Part shown: positions 47,351-61,644 of the stretch, one piece after another
How positions within the stretch are numbered: the stretch's first letter is position 1
How the letters are laid out: every line of letters starts with the position of its first letter
Assembly (NCBI GenBank): GCA_038087875.1
Contig: CM075998.1
Coordinates: 7,132,001-7,196,000, forward strand
DNA length: 64,000 nucleotides
Direction: 5' to 3'
DNA from: Malacoraja senta
Taxonomy: Eukaryota
Program-made: the position numbers and the translations under genes
Notes under the pieces: generated by a model
Told to the model about the DNA's origin: nothing
The model's database searches: none
What the model saw: the letters and a program-made list of their open reading frames with translations, nothing else

Positions 47351-50300
47351 ATCTAAAAATAATACAGAAAGGCAAGTTAAGTTGCCTCAGGTTTCGGGGT
47401 ATTGAGATAATGAATACTATAACATTTGTCTTCCAAGTGACGAGAGAGGAAGCAGAGAAGAAGCTATGATAAGCTATGATATGTAAAATGCCTTGTACCA
47501 AATGTTCGATGTTTATGAGGGAGGAGGTGATGAGAGAGGAACCAGGGAAGTGGAAAGATAAGATGCCATAAATCAAATGGCCTATGTTTATGAGGGACCA
47601 AGTGACAGAGAGGAAGCAGCGAAAGAGCTAGGGTGATCTCTTTGAAGATAAATTGACCTAAAACAAATGGCCAATGTTTTTAGTATATCTTGTACCATGT
47701 AAACAAAAGGCCTTTGATGTGATGCATTCTGTGGAAACCTTTTCCTGTACCTCTGACCATGACTAATGTCTGTGGAATGTGCTAAGGGGACAAAAATCCC
47801 AAATTAAGACAATGTAATTCTGTTGTTCATAGAAGGGGCCCGAGGACAGTCGGGTGTCTACATTGGTCACTTAGCTGGAATTCTCGCTCCCTTCCATCGG
47901 CCGATGTTAAGTAAAGTTTTGAACTGGTCTACCAAACAGTTTGTGTGGTGTCTGTTTATTAAGAAGCGAACCTGTTTAGTTGTTATAAAAGTAACTTTTT
48001 CATCTGGACCTTGAGTCTGTAATAAAAAGTAAGTAATATATACACACACACATGCCAAATGGAGTATAGTACAGGAAAATGGGAGGTTATCCATCTTGGT
48101 TTGGAAAAAAAGGGGAACACATTATCTAAATAGTGAGAGAATGTCATAATCTAGTCAATGAACTGGATAACAATGGCAACATTAATTTTTGAATTTAATA
48201 CAAAAGTAGGGAGTTTATGATTCTGTTATATAGGACATTGCCCACCTACAATGCTGCATATAGTAACCCTATTTAAGGAAGAATAAAAGTAGCTCCCAGA
48301 TTTGCTATGGGAACGAGTGGGTTCTTTTGAGGAAAGGTTGGACATTAAATGTATTCCCTGTAGCTTTGGAGAGTGTGAAGGGAAGGGAATGCATAGATCC
48401 CTGCCAAGGACCCAACAATCTCCCCTCTTGCCTCTCTTAATCAATTGGGATAGATCCTTTCAAGACCAGGGAACTGATCCAATTCAACATTCATTAAAGA
48501 ACCCAACACTTCCTCCTGATATCAACTTGCCGGGCAACATCAGCAAAACCCTCCATGATGCCACGTCTTTATGTTCTTTCCTTTGATGCTCACTGACACA
48601 AAGTACACATTTAAACCCTCTTCCTCTGGCTTCTGGCATAAATTCCCTTCTTTGTCCTTGAATGGTCCGAAACCCTCCTAGTCAACCGCTCGGTTTTAAT
48701 GTATGTACAAAGTGTGTTGGGATTCTCCTCTTAATCCTACTCACTAAGGACATTTCATGGAGTTAATGCAGCAGTCTGAGAAATGCTGTAGGGGGAATCC
48801 CACAGTCAGAACAGAGTTGTAATAACTTGGAGATCTTGCAGACGGATTCCACTTTTGGGGTCTGAAGATCATACAATCTAAGCAGTTTTGAAGGCTTTCA
48901 GCATCCTATAATCTGAACAAGACTGGGGTTAAGTATACCACAGCTTGTGTAGAGTTTTATTGTCTGTTGAGAATAACATGGGACAGAAAAGTGCAAGAGT
49001 CCAAACTGGGGAAGGAAAATAACACAAGTTTCAAGAGAGTCTGTTCTTTTGAGTTCTGAGATCCTGCTCTTCTTCCTGAGCTGCCTCCTATAGCCACTCT
49101 CCATCTGTTTTTTCCTGCCCCAAAAATTCTAAGTCACTGTTTGTGGACAAAGAGAGGGTTAATTTCTGTCTCTGATGCTGCCAATTGCATGCAGTTCACT
49201 GGGGATCAGGCCCCTTCTGCATCGGAGCCAGTTTCTCCTTGTTTAAGGCAAGGTCCTGATAGATGAGTGAAGCTGGTGGAGTCAGTACACAATGTGTTGT
49301 TATCTCAGAGCCTGCAGCTGGCAGTTATTCTTCTCTGAGATCCCACTGGTTTCCTGACTGTTCACATGTCTCCATCCTGTGATTCCGAGTTTGGGAATTA
49401 GTGCACGCTTCGCAAGGTGTTTCCTCCCTCACTGATTGGCTTCATATCCTGATTTGTTTTCCCTCCTGATTTGAGCAGTTGTTGCAAGCAAGAGACAGAG
49501 AGCAGGCACAATCAGAGCAGGAAACCTCTCCCGCCCCCTTGCTTCTTGTGTGAGTTGTATCTGGAGTTAGCATAAACATGTTATACAGAGAGCAGCAGGG
49601 ATGTCCTGTTGATCTGAAGCAAGTTTGGTCTCATTGCTGTTAGATGTGATTTTTACAAGGCTGCCAGTGAATTTCGCTGCGGTCTGATCTGTGAGTTTGG
49701 ATCTTGCAACAGTTCCTTTGGTCCCTACTGATCCCCAGGGGAGGCTCCCCTCTGTGGCCAAGGACACATGGTAAGCAACAACTCCGGGTTAGCTCTTGTG
49801 CTAAAAAAAATGCCTGTGATTCAAGAAGCATTCCCTAAAGAGGGCACTTTCCATCTGCTGCGTCCTGTTCACTTTGTCACCTTGTTGCTCTTGAATTCTG
49901 AGAGATCTTTGTGTAAGAATAAGTCAGATCTTTCTCTTTTTTAGATTTTTTTCCTGCAGGTTTTGTTCTTTTCCCCACAATGTGCATGTTCAGCATTCTT
50001 GCACCTCGTAAGAGTGAAATCTGAAGCCCTATCCCCAATACATCAAGATACATCTGTTGCAGGCAAATGCTACTGACAGCCTCAACTCTTGTAAAATATC
50101 TTAGTGCTGTCTGCGAACTTGCCCATCAGCCTCAAACAAATTCCAGCTTCTAACCCAAATACAGTTCTTCCAATTTTCACCTTAATGGCCCATGGGAGCA
50201 ATCAGTCAAAATGACTGCCTATCCGCAATAATGAGTATTTAAGTCAGATGAAGCAGCATCAGACATGTGGACCTCAAGATCTATGTATGGCTATACGTTC

Positions 50301-51279
50301 TTCGGATATGAACTAAAGGCTTGAAACGGCTTCATTAGTTCAAGTGTGCATTAAAGATCCAGGGGACTATTTAAAAAAGATGAAGGGAGTTCCTTGCATT
50401 GTTGGTTTGCATTGATAAATTACCCAATTATTTTCCTGATTTGGGGATAAAGCTGTACATAAAATGCCTGCTGTATTTTTTGTATAACAATAGTGTCCAC
50501 ATAGGAAAGTAATTTTGTGTATCTTGAGCACATAGCAATGTTTATGGATAAGGCATAATGAAAGAATACTTGGAAGGATTTCTTGCATTGTTTTGTGGAA
50601 CAGGGATCTGGGTGCAGAAAGAATATGGAAGATTGGGGAGAAAAGATCAAAACGTATGGTGTACCTCTATTTATGCTGACAAAACCAATCTTCTCACACT
50701 GGATGCTGCCTTCATCACTGTTATTTTTAATGCCCAAAATGAATGACACAGATTTGACTGACAACCAATTGGAGATTAAGGCCTTTCATTAAAGTCAGTG
50801 GATCATTTTGCTTTTAAGATAGAGGAAGACCAAACTTTTTTAACTGAATCTGCACTGGACGATGATCTTTCAATACGGGTTATGGGTTTAAATGAAGCCC
50901 AGAATTGATAGAAAGAAGAACACATTTGTTGCCAGTCCAAACCTCATGAAATCAAACCAAGGAACTATCCATAAGTTTACCAGTAATGTCAAATTGACAT
51001 TGGTTCATGACATAAGGCTTGGCTATCACGAAAGACATCTCCAGAAAGCTTGTATGTAATGCAGTCTTAATGGAGAAAGGGTTATTGGTGATGTCCTTCA
51101 GATTGATGCTTAAGCCAAGGCCAAGGAAGCAGAACAAGGGAATTGCCCAACCAATTTACTCTTTCTGGTTTATTGTTTGTTGAAAATGACAGCTACAATT
51201 TTTGATCAACATAATTTACATTATTGCACTTTGAAGTAATTCACTTTGCTTTTAAGAGAAAAATAATCACAACAAAGTA

Positions 51280-53740
51280 GAAGTTAGATAAAAATGCTGG
51301 AAAAACTCAGCGGGTGAGGCTGCATCTATGGAGCAAAGGAATAGGTGATGTTTTGGGTCGAGACCCTTCTTCAGACTGATGTGGAGGTGGGGGGTGGGCA
51401 GGAAGAAGAAAGGAAGAGGCAGAAACAGTAGGATGTGGGAGAGCTGGGAAGGGGAGGGGAAGGAGGGAGAAAGCAAGGAAAACCTGAAATTGGAGAAGTC
51501 GATCTTCCTACTGCTGGGGTGTAAACTGCCCAAACGAAATATGAGGTGCTGCTCCTCCAATTTGTGGTGGGACTCACTCTGGCCATGGAGGAGTCCCAGG
51601 ACAGAAAGGTCGGATTCAGAATGGGAGGGGGAGTTGAAGTGCTGAGCCACCAGGAGATCAGGTTGGTTATTTCGAACCGAGCGGAGATGTTGGGCGAAGC
51701 GATCGCCAAGCCTACGCTTGGTCTCACCGATGTAGAGCAGCTGACATCTAGAGCAGCGGATGCGATAGATGAGGTTGGAGGAGGTGCAGGTGAACCTCTG
51801 CCTCACCTGGAATGATTGCTTGGGTCCTTGGATGGAGTCAAGGGTGGAGGTAAAGTGACAAGTGTAGTATTTCCTGCCGTTGCAAGGGAAAGTACCAGGG
51901 GAGGGAGTGGTTTGGGTGGGAAGGGACGAATTGACCAGGGAGTTACGGAGGGAGCGGTCTCTGCGGAAAGCCGAAAGGGGAGGAGATGGGAAGATGTGGC
52001 CAGTGGTGGGATCCCATTGGAGGTGGCGAAAAAGTCAGAGGATTATCTGTTGTATTTGGCGGCTGGTGGGGTGGAAGTTGAGGACAAGGGGGGACTCTGC
52101 CCTTGTTATGAGTGGGGAGATGGGGAGTGAGAGCGGAGCTACGAGATAGAGAGGAGACCCTGGTGAGGGCCTCATCTATGGTTGAAGAGGGGAACCCCCA
52201 TTCCCTAAAGAATGAGGACATCTCCAATGCCCTGGTTTGGAACACCTCATCCTGGGTGCAGATGCGGCGTAGACGGAGGAATTGAGAGTAGGGAATAGAG
52301 TCCTTACAGGAAGCAGGGTGGGAAGAAGTGTAGTCCAGATAGCCATGGAAGTCAGTGGGTTTATAGTAGATGTCGGTCAGTAGTCTATCACCTGCGATGG
52401 AGATAGTTAGGTCTAGAAACGGTAGGGAGATGTTGGAAATGGTCCAGGTGAATTTGAGTGCCGGATGGAAGTTAGTGGTGAAATGGTGAGTTGTGTGTGG
52501 GTGCAGGAGGTAGCACCAATGCAGTCGTCGATGTAGCGGAGGTAGAGTTCGGGGATAGGGCCACGGTACGCATCGAACAAGGATTGTTCGACGTACCCTA
52601 CAAAGAGGCAGGCATAGCTAGGGCCCATGCTCATAGATATGCCTTGGATTTGGAGGAAATGGGAGGAGTCAAAGGAAAAGTTGTTAAGTGTGAGGACCAG
52701 CTCCGCTAGGCGGAGGAGAGTATCAGTATACAGGGATTGTTTGGTTCTGCGATCGAGGAAGAAACGGAGGGCTTTAGGACCCTCCTGGTGGGGGATGGAT
52801 GTGTAGAGTGACTGGACAAAGGACAAGGACATTTATTGTCACGTACACCAATTGGTGCAGTGAAATTTGTGTTGCCATTTGCAGCACACCAATAAAAATA
52901 AAACACATTAGAGAATTTAACATTAAACATAAAAACAACCCACCACAATGGTTCCCACTGTGAGGGAAGGCACAAAGTCCAGTCCTCTTTCTCTATATTC
53001 ACCCGTAGTCGGGGCCTATTGAGGCCTCTGCAGTCACCGCAACGGCGGCCCGATGTTTCAGGCCCTCTCGCCGGATGATGTTGCTCCGGCGTCGGGAGAA
53101 CATTCTCAGCGGCTTGGAGTGTCTGGAACAGCCGCTTGCTGCCAGAGATCGCGGCTCCCGAAGTCCACAGGCCGCGATGGTCGGAGCTCCGACACTGGCG
53201 ATCTCGGCGAAAGATCCCAGGCTCCGCGGTATTTAAACTCAGCGCCGCCCGCAGCTGGACGCTCCGCGACCACAGCTCCGCGATGTTGGAGTCGGCGGTC
53301 TCAGCACTCCGGAGCGTACCACACGGCGACCTGGGTAAGGCATCGCCCGCTCCGCGACGGTTATTCAGCGCTGTGCCGCCGCCGAAGCTGAAGTTCTGGC
53401 CGGTCCCGGCAGGAAATGCCGCTCCAGTCCAGTTGGTAGGCCGCGAGGAAGGGGCGAAGATGCGGCTCGGAGGAAAGACGCATCTCCGACCAGGTAGGGA
53501 CTGAGAAATACAGTTTCCCCCTTCCTCCTCCCCACCCCCCACATAAAAAGACTAGAAGACCTCCAAGACAAAACTTTTAACACACTAAAAATAAAAAATA
53601 AAGGGTGAAAGGACGAACAGCTGCAGGCAGGGCAGCCATACTCGACGGCGCCACCACTCAGTCTGGACATCCATGGTGAAGATGAGGGAGTGGGGGCCTG
53701 GAAAACGGAAGTCATGGAGGAGACGAAGAGAAAGCATCTT
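51280..53740 (-). mobile_element. Penelope-like element: RT + GIY-YIG endonuclease + terminal repeat, decayed and 5' truncated
   Basis: GIY-YIG: NLIYRIRCSRCQLLYIGETKRRLGDRFAQH; RT: IFTMDV/QSLYTSIPH..MGPSYACLF..RYIDDCIG; degenerate hammerhead at 51344-51378. Confidence 0.92.
52819..53662 (-). mobile_element. Non-coding retroposon inserted in the Penelope RT
   Basis: TSD CTGGACA (52812-52818, 53663-53669) splits RT motif MDVQSLY; the minus-strand 3' end has AATAAA + (TGTCCT)n tail. Confidence 0.8.
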
Positions 53741-54849
53741 TGGACAATTGATGCTTCAGCATATTGTGAGGGCAGAATAGAGAGAGTTCTGTGTTTCCAA
53801 GGTGGCGCCATGGAAACTGAAAGTGGTAGCGACACATCCTGGTGCTTCAATTTGCTTTAAAATCTCTCATTGTCATAACTCTGATAGGTATTCAGCACAA
53901 CTCCTTAATATTTTCATACTAACTATGCAATGATTGGTAACAGCAAACATCCTGAAGACGGTTGAAGGTTCCACTGGTATCCATCTCTGGACCCCATACC
54001 CAGAGTGTCACTGTGCCTGGCAGCCCACTGCCCAAGACAGGTAAGGAAGGAGTTATATTGGACATTAATCAGTTCAACTTGTTACTGATCATTGTCTGAT
54101 TAGGGTGGGGTAAGAAGGCTTCTCTGATTCTGAAATGGAGCTCAAATGGTAAGCATTTCACATTAAAAAAAAATTGAAATGTTGGAACTGTATGTAGCAA
54201 ATCAGAGGAGATGAAAGAGATGGGCCTGGGGAGAGAGGGATCAATGGTGGGAAAGATCAGTGAGGGCGATGAATGAATGGGACTCAAGGTCAATTGGGAT
54301 TGGTCATTTGTGGACAACACAGTGAAAGGTGTCAGTGAGGTTCAGTGAGAGATTTGAAAGGAAGGAGAGGCCAATAGCTGAGGTCAGTGACTGCAATGTG
54401 TGGAGGTGTGTGTTATTAATAATCTATATGTATATATCAATGTATTGTGATGGGATCTGGAAAACTGTCAAACCTTTCCTCTCCCCCATTTGGAGGTCAA
54501 TTGAAACTTATTTCATGCTTCAGTTGATCTTGTGAACCTAATTAAGATTTCCATGGGAATGCTGCTTCAAGTGGAGTCACCTATTGAGTGATGGCTTTAT
54601 TCTGTAAGCTTTTGTGTATCAGCATCTATCTTTCCTCCAGCTTCTGTGGGAGAAAGATGTTCCACATACAAATTAATTAGTATTACATTCAATTGAAACT
54701 GAATGTAGTCGTAGCTGATGTACAGGGATCCTGTTCAATAATGTCATTTTGCCCAAAGCAGGAAAAGGAGGTGTCTGATGTAAAAGGAGAGGGTGTTCAC
54801 TCAACAGGAATTGGCAGAGTATCCATGTCTGGATCCTGTCATTGAGGAG

Positions 54850-55526
54850 ATTAAGCATGCAGGTACAGCAGGCAGTGAAGAAAGCGAATGACATGTTGAC
54901 CTTCATAACAAGAGGAGTTGAGTATAGGAGCTAAGAGGTCCTTCTGCAGTTGTACAGGGTCCTAGTGAGACCACACCTGGAGTATTGTGTGCGGTTTTAG
55001 TCTCCAAATTTGAGGAAGGACATTCTTGCTATTGAGGGAGAACAGCGTAGGTTCACAAGATTAATTTCAGGGATGGCGGGACTGTCACATGTTGTAAGAA
55101 TGGAGCGGCTGGGCTTGTATACTCTGGAATTTAGAAGGATGAGAGGGCATCTTATTGAAACATATAAGATTATTAAGGGTTTGGACATGCTAGAGACAGG
55201 AAACATGTTCCCGATGTTGGGGGAGTCCAGAACCAGGGGCCACAGTTTGAGAATAAGGGGTAAGCCATTTAGAACGGAGACGAGGAAACATTTTTTCTCA
55301 CAGATAGTTGTGAGTCTGTGGAATTCTCTGCCTCAGTTGGAGGCCGGTTCTCTGGATACTTTCAAGAGAGAGCTAGATAGGGCTCTTAAAGATAGCGGAG
55401 TCAGGGGATATGGGGAGAAGGCAGGAACAGGGTACTGATTGGGGATGATCAGCCATGATCACATTGAATGGCGGTGTTGGCTCAACGGGCCGAATGGCCT
55501 ACTCCTGCACCTATTGTCTATTGTCA
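54850..55526 (+). mobile_element. CR1/HER1-like LINE 3' end
   Basis: ORF 55010-55438 plus UTR ending in (CTATTGT)n. Confidence 0.9.
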
Positions 55527-55617
55527 ATTGAGGGAACATTGAGCAGGAGAAGGCATTCTCAAGCTATGTTTTGGGAAAGAACAGGTTTGGGCTGGAAACA
55601 GTCGTCAATAGGTTGTG

Positions 55618-55720
55618 GACAAAGGTAGACTCAAATGCTGGAGAAACTCAGCGGGTGAGGCAGCATCTATGGAGCGAAGGAAATAGGCGATATTTCGGGC
55701 CGAAACCCTTCTTCAGAGTG
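55618..55720 (-). mobile_element. Penelope-terminus mini-element with hammerhead-like core
   Basis: Near-identical to 18537-18628. Confidence 0.8.
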
Positions 55721-56957
55721 TGGGTTGTTTCTTAATTTATTCCATCATGGGACACGGATACCCCAGGCAATGCCAGCTTTTGATGTCCATCCCAAATTAT
55801 CCCTCTGTTGAGAGGTATTTAAAAGTCGTCCAGTGTGGGTCTGGAATCACAACAGGGCCCACAAGGTAAATATGGCAGATTTCATTCCTTGAAGGAAATT
55901 AGTGAAGTAAATGGATTTCTAGGGCAAGCCAATAGTTTCAAGATTACTATTAATATTGAAACTGCCTTTTACTAAATATTGTCGATTTATTTATCTTCTT
56001 TAATTTTAAAGTCCCCACATGGTGAGACTCAAACCCATGGCTTTGGATCATTGGCCAGATCTCCTGCTGCTGGTTCCCTGAAGGGATCAGGTTCAGGACC
56101 AATACATCCTGGCTGAGGTGGAGAGGAGAATAGAGTAATATGGAAGAATCGAACAGAGATCCCTGGCTTTGGTAATAAGGCCATAGAAATGCTTACACAC
56201 TCCTCGGTTATGGCTGTTTCAAGCAGTGTTGATTGAAGATTGATTGGTTTGGTCACTCTAAACTAAAAATGTTATGCAGAGCTTATAAAGGCTATCAGTG
56301 TCCTGCTTTTGACCAGTTTGGGAAAGAATCCTGGGCAACAAATGTGTCTGGCATTTCAGCGACAGAAGGAAGGATTCCTAATTTGCATTTTATGCCCAGA
56401 AAATACCCTGTTGCTATCTCTGGGGATAGAAATAGGTGGTGCAGGTACATAACATTCTTTGTGAAATGGACAAAGGTGATTAAATTAACTGTAGCTTCAG
56501 CTTGCTGTGCTGATTATTTCCCCCTCCCTTGCATTCAAAATGCTCAGGAAATTCTCCAAATGACGTCATCAATACTTAAAGGAAAATCGTCAAAATAACA
56601 AAGGCCATACAAAGAATGGAAAAAAGAGAAGTTATTCGAAGAATGTTTCTCTTTGATATTTGCGATGCAACAGGGATGGGGTGAGCTTAGGTCGGGGGGG
56701 GGGGGGGGGGATATTGTTCTCAGTGTGCCCTTCAAATATATTTTAATCGCAGCTTTTCAGGGAGAATGAATGGTTAGTCATCCACTCCTGTTGTTTTCTG
56801 TTGCGTGGGATTTGATGTACTTGCTGACGGGTGTGCAGAGACCACACAAAACACACTCTGGAAAGGGGGAGGGAGTGAGAGAGAAGTGTGGGTGGGGTAG
56901 AGATTCTTACAAGTAAATGTGGACCATGGCCAGCACCATCAATGCCATCAATAAACC

Positions 56958-59601
56958 TTTATTTATTTTTTTTATTTTTTAGAAGTACGGTAGATTACAG
57001 TAATGTACAACACGTATATATTAATACATTTTTTGTACCGCTTCACTTTTTTAAACTTTAAGAAAGAAAAAGAAAGAAGTAAGAAAAGTGAAGAAAGTGC
57101 GCAAAGGTTGTGAAGTGCAAAAGAGTGTTGGGAAAAGAAAGCCCCTTAGAAAAGAGGTTAGAGAAGGAAGTAAAGTTAGAAAATAGACCCTAGAAAAAAA
57201 AAGAGAAAGAAAGAAGGAACAATCGCTCTATTATAACTCTTATACCATACTTCATAGAGAAGGAACTACCAACCAAGTCTGTTTTTATTTTACCTCCCAT
57301 TACCAGGTCCAGATACCTTTTATTTATTTATTTGTTTTTCTAAATTACTATTGCACCTCATGCTTGTAATAGGTCCAAAAACGTAGACCACGTCTTTTGA
57401 AATTGATCTACTTTGCCTACTAGGAGGAATCTCATCTCTTCCAGATGTAATGTTTCCAACATATTTGATGTCCACATTTTTATTGTTGGTGTGGGCGCAT
57501 TTTTCCAGAATTTAAGTATAAGCTTTTTTCCCATTATTAGCCCATAATTGAGTAAATTCTTCTGATACACGTTTAATTCAGGAATACCTTCCGATATTCC
57601 AAAAATAATCCATTCTGGTTTTGGTACCAGTTTTATTTTGATTAATTTTGAAAAAATATCAAATATTTCAAACCAGAATTTTTGGATTTTTGTACAAAAA
57701 ACAAAAGAATGTGCTATGGTAGCTTCTTGACATATACATTTATCACAGATTGGTGAGACGTTAGGAAAGATTTTATTTAGTTTGGTTTTTGAATAATATA
57801 ATCTATGTAATGTTTTAAATTGGATAAGCGTATGTCGTACGTTGATCGAGCATTTATGCACCTGTAATAAATGATTATCCCAACTCTCTTTTGAAATTTT
57901 TATACCTAGATCTTGTTCCCAATCTCTTCTAATTCCATCTGTTGTGGGTATTTCTATATTTAAGATGATATTATATAAGTATGATATTAAATTAACTGAT
58001 TCCGCCTTTGTCTTCATTGCTTCATCTAGTAAGTCGGAAGGCATATTATAATAATCTTTTGTGTGTGTTTTCAAATAGTCACAGATTTGTATATATTTAA
58101 AATATTGATTATTTTTCAAATTATATTTCAGTTGTAGTTGTTGGAATGATAGTAATTTTTCTAATTCATACAGATCTTCGAGCGTTTTAATTCCCATTCT
58201 TTCCCATTGTATAAATGCTTTATCTATGATTGAAGGTTTAAACGATGGGTTATTGACTATTGGTATTAAGAGAGATAGGTTTCTTAATTTTAGATTCTGT
58301 TTTATTTGCTTCCATGTTCTAATAGTGCTATATATAATTGGATTTTTATTATAATTTTTATTATTCAAATTTATTGGAGAGAGAATAATCGCTCCTATAT
58401 TATTCGGGGAGCAATCCCCTTTTTCCATTATAATCCAGTCCACCTGCTGGGCAGAATTGTCCAGCAGGTGAATCATATTTTTAATATTTACTGCCCAGTT
58501 ATAATACATAAAGTTAGGGAGCGCTAGACCCCCCAACTCTTTTCGTTTGTTAAGGTGTGTTCTTTGTATTCTGTGGGATTTGTAATCCCATATAAAATTT
58601 GTAATGTCTGAGTCCAGTTTTTTGAAAAACTTTTTTGGGAGATATATAGGTATTGATTGAAATAGGTAAAGGATTTGTGGTAAGAAAATCATTTTTATAG
58701 CATTTATCCTACCTATTAAGGACATCGGAAGTGTTTTCCAAAATTTAATCAGATTATTTAATTTCTTAAGTAGGGGATTATAATTAGCTTTAAACATATC
58801 ATGGTAATTTCTAGTAATCTCAATTCCTAAATATTTGAATTTTTCCATAGCTATTTTAAAAGGGAATTTCCTGAGATGTGTTGAGTCTTTTGGTTTAATC
58901 GACATAATTTCACTTTTGTTCCAATTTATTCTATATCCTGAAAAGGATCCAAAGTCCTCAATTAAGTTTAATATATTTGGTATACTAATTTGTGGTTTTG
59001 TGATGTACAGTAGTACATCATCAGCATATAGGGATAGTTTGTTGTTTGAATATTTTGTGTTATAACCGTGAATATTCGAGTGTGTTCTTATTTTTTTCAG
59101 CAAGGGGTTCAATTACCAAAGCAAATAACAGCGGTGATAGTGAACATCCTTGTCTGTTGCCCCTAGATAATTCGAATTTTGAAGATAATATATTATTAGT
59201 TAGTATTCTAGCCGTAGGTTTGTTATATAGTAGTTTTATCCATGCAATAAAGTTTTCTCCCAATTGGAATTTTTGCAATACTTTGATCATATAGTCCCAT
59301 TCTACTTGATCAAACGCTTTTTCTGCATCCAGTGAGATGATAGCTAACTCTTGGTCATAAGATTTATGTGAATGCATTATGTTAAGCAAACGTCTCAAAT
59401 TATTAAATGAGTGTCTCTTAGGTATAAATCCTGTTTGATCCTCATGTATTAGTCTACTAACATACTTGCTTAATCTATTGGCTAATGTTTTTGCTATTAT
59501 TTTCTGATCCGTATTTAACAAAGCAATAGCTCTATATGATCCTGGTTCTTCTATATTTTTATCTTTTTTAAGTATTAATATGATCGTTGATTCCGCTAGT
59601 G
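56958..59601 (-). mobile_element. L1-clade LINE 3' half (ORF2 RT + Cys-rich C-terminus + 3' UTR), cut by the gap
   Basis: ORFs 59060-59521 (LDAEKAFDQVEW, GNRQGCSLSPLLF) and 57358-59112 (LYADDVLL, FKYLGI, CDKC..H) are joined by one frameshift in a homopolymer at ~59090; A-rich tail. Confidence 0.93.
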
Positions 59602-59801
59602 NNNNNNNNNNNNNNNNNNNNNNNNNNNNNNNNNNNNNNNNNNNNNNNNNNNNNNNNNNNNNNNNNNNNNNNNNNNNNNNNNNNNNNNNNNNNNNNNNNN
59701 NNNNNNNNNNNNNNNNNNNNNNNNNNNNNNNNNNNNNNNNNNNNNNNNNNNNNNNNNNNNNNNNNNNNNNNNNNNNNNNNNNNNNNNNNNNNNNNNNNNN
59801 N
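59602..59801. other. Assembly gap (200 N)
   Basis: Run of N. Confidence 1.
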
Positions 59802-60317
59802 GAGCATGGTCACAATCCTGTGGTGGGACAAACAAGGAGAAGTTGTTCCAAGAGACGTACAACATTAGACCTTCAGCCCAGAGACATTAGGTTAGACGAA
59901 CTAGGTACCAATGCCTGACTATGGGAATGTGTAGGAGGTCACCTGAAATGAACGGAATTGGGATTGCTGCGTGCAGACCTGGGGAACCCCCCAAGGGCCA
60001 AAAAATGGGTTCTAAATCGATGAGTAAGGGACCACTTAAATCCACTACCATGGTGTGCTCACTGCCATGCCTATATCAACAACACAAACGGCAGACATTT
60101 TTCCCGCTGCAAAAGGCCCGCCAGACCCCCCACAAAGGGCCTAAAATGGGCCAGTATATAGACGAGCAAGGTACCACTCAAAAATAATGCCAAATCAACA
60201 AGTTGAGTTTATAGAGTACAAAATGGGTTACGCCAGACAAATAGTCCACTGCGTTACAGGTACCAGACACCCCAAAAATGGGCACCCTAGACCCAGCTGT
60301 CCAACTAGGCTAGCCTA

Positions 60318-60915
60318 GATAGAAACATAGAAACATAGAAAATAGGTGCTGGAGGAGGCCATTCGGCCCTTCGAGCCAGCACTGCCATTCATTGTGATCA
60401 TGGCTGATCGTCCCCTATCAGTAACCCGTGCCTGCCTTCTCCCCATATCCCTTGACTTCCACTAGCCCCTAGAGCTCTATCTAACTCTCTCTTAAATCCA
60501 TCCAGTGATTTGGCCTCCACTGCCCTCTGTGGCAGGGAATTCCATAAATTCACAACTCTCTGGGTAAAAACTTTTTTTTCACCTCAGTCTTAAATAACCT
60601 CCCCTTTATTCTAAGACTGTGGCCCCTGGTTCTGGACTCGCCCAACATTGGGAACATTTTTCCTGCATCTAGCTTGTCCAGTCCTTTTATAATGTTATAT
60701 GTTTCTATAAGATCGCCCCTCATCCTTCTAAACTCCAGTGAATACAAGCCTAGCCTTTTCAATCTTTCCTCATATGACAGTCCCGCCATCCCAGGGATCA
60801 ATCTCGTGAACCTACGCTGCACTGATCACAAGGATGTCCTTCCTCAAATTAGGAGACCAAAACTGTACACAATACTCCAGATGTGGTCTCAGCAGAGCCC
60901 TATACAACTGCAGAA
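60318..60915 (-). mobile_element. CR1/HER1-like LINE 3' end
   Basis: ORF 60550-60822 and (TTTCTATG)n tail. Confidence 0.9.
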
Positions 60916-61382
60916 GATATTGTGGGTACCAGCTAAAACCAAGTTTAAATGATCTATCACACCTTGGGGGATATAAAATGACCTATGACAGAACAATTAT
61001 CCACTGCCTTGGGTCTGCTAGACCCCCTAAATGGGCCCTTGGGCCCATCGAGGCTAGCCTAGATATTAAGGCGCCAGCTAAAATCCGGTTTTAAATGATC
61101 AATCACAGCCTAGGAAATACAAAATCACCCATGCCAGAATAATAATCCTTTGCCTTGGTCCTACCAGACTCTCCAAATAGTCCCTTAATTGCCCAACTGG
61201 GGGGGGGGGGGTCTGATAGGCACAAGGCAGCAGATAATTGCTCTGGCATCGGTCATTTTGTACTCCCCAAGGTGTGATTGATCATTTATAGCAAACATTT
61301 AGCTCGATGGCAAACATTTGGTCCAAAATGACATTTTGGTCCCAAGTTTATTTGTATATGGTCCAATATATTTTAAAGTTTA

Positions 61383-61640
61383 CTAGACCAAGTGGGACCC
61401 GTTGGGTCCCGTCCCCTCAATGCGCGGTTGCGGGGGGCGGCTTGCGGCGGCACACACATACTAACAAACCCCTCACACACACACATACACACTAACCAAC
61501 CCCTCCCCCGCACACACACTAACCATTCCATTGGTATTATATTAATATTATTCATTCACTCCTTTTACCCCATCCCCCGCCCAATCCACTCACGCATAGC
61601 CCCCAACTCGCAGGCGCAGCGAGAGAGGAAGGGGGGTAGA
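61383..61640 (-). mobile_element. Helitron-like 3' terminus
   Basis: The minus strand ends GGGACCC-AAC-GGGTCCC-ACTTGGT-CTAG; shares CATAGCCCCCAACT..CAGGCGC with 15440-15469. Confidence 0.6.
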
Positions 61641-61644
61641 CAGT

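Noticed and set aside
47350..48005. Possible solo LTR
   Set aside because: LTR-like composition and a ..TTTTTCA end, but no partner, PBS or TSD could be established.
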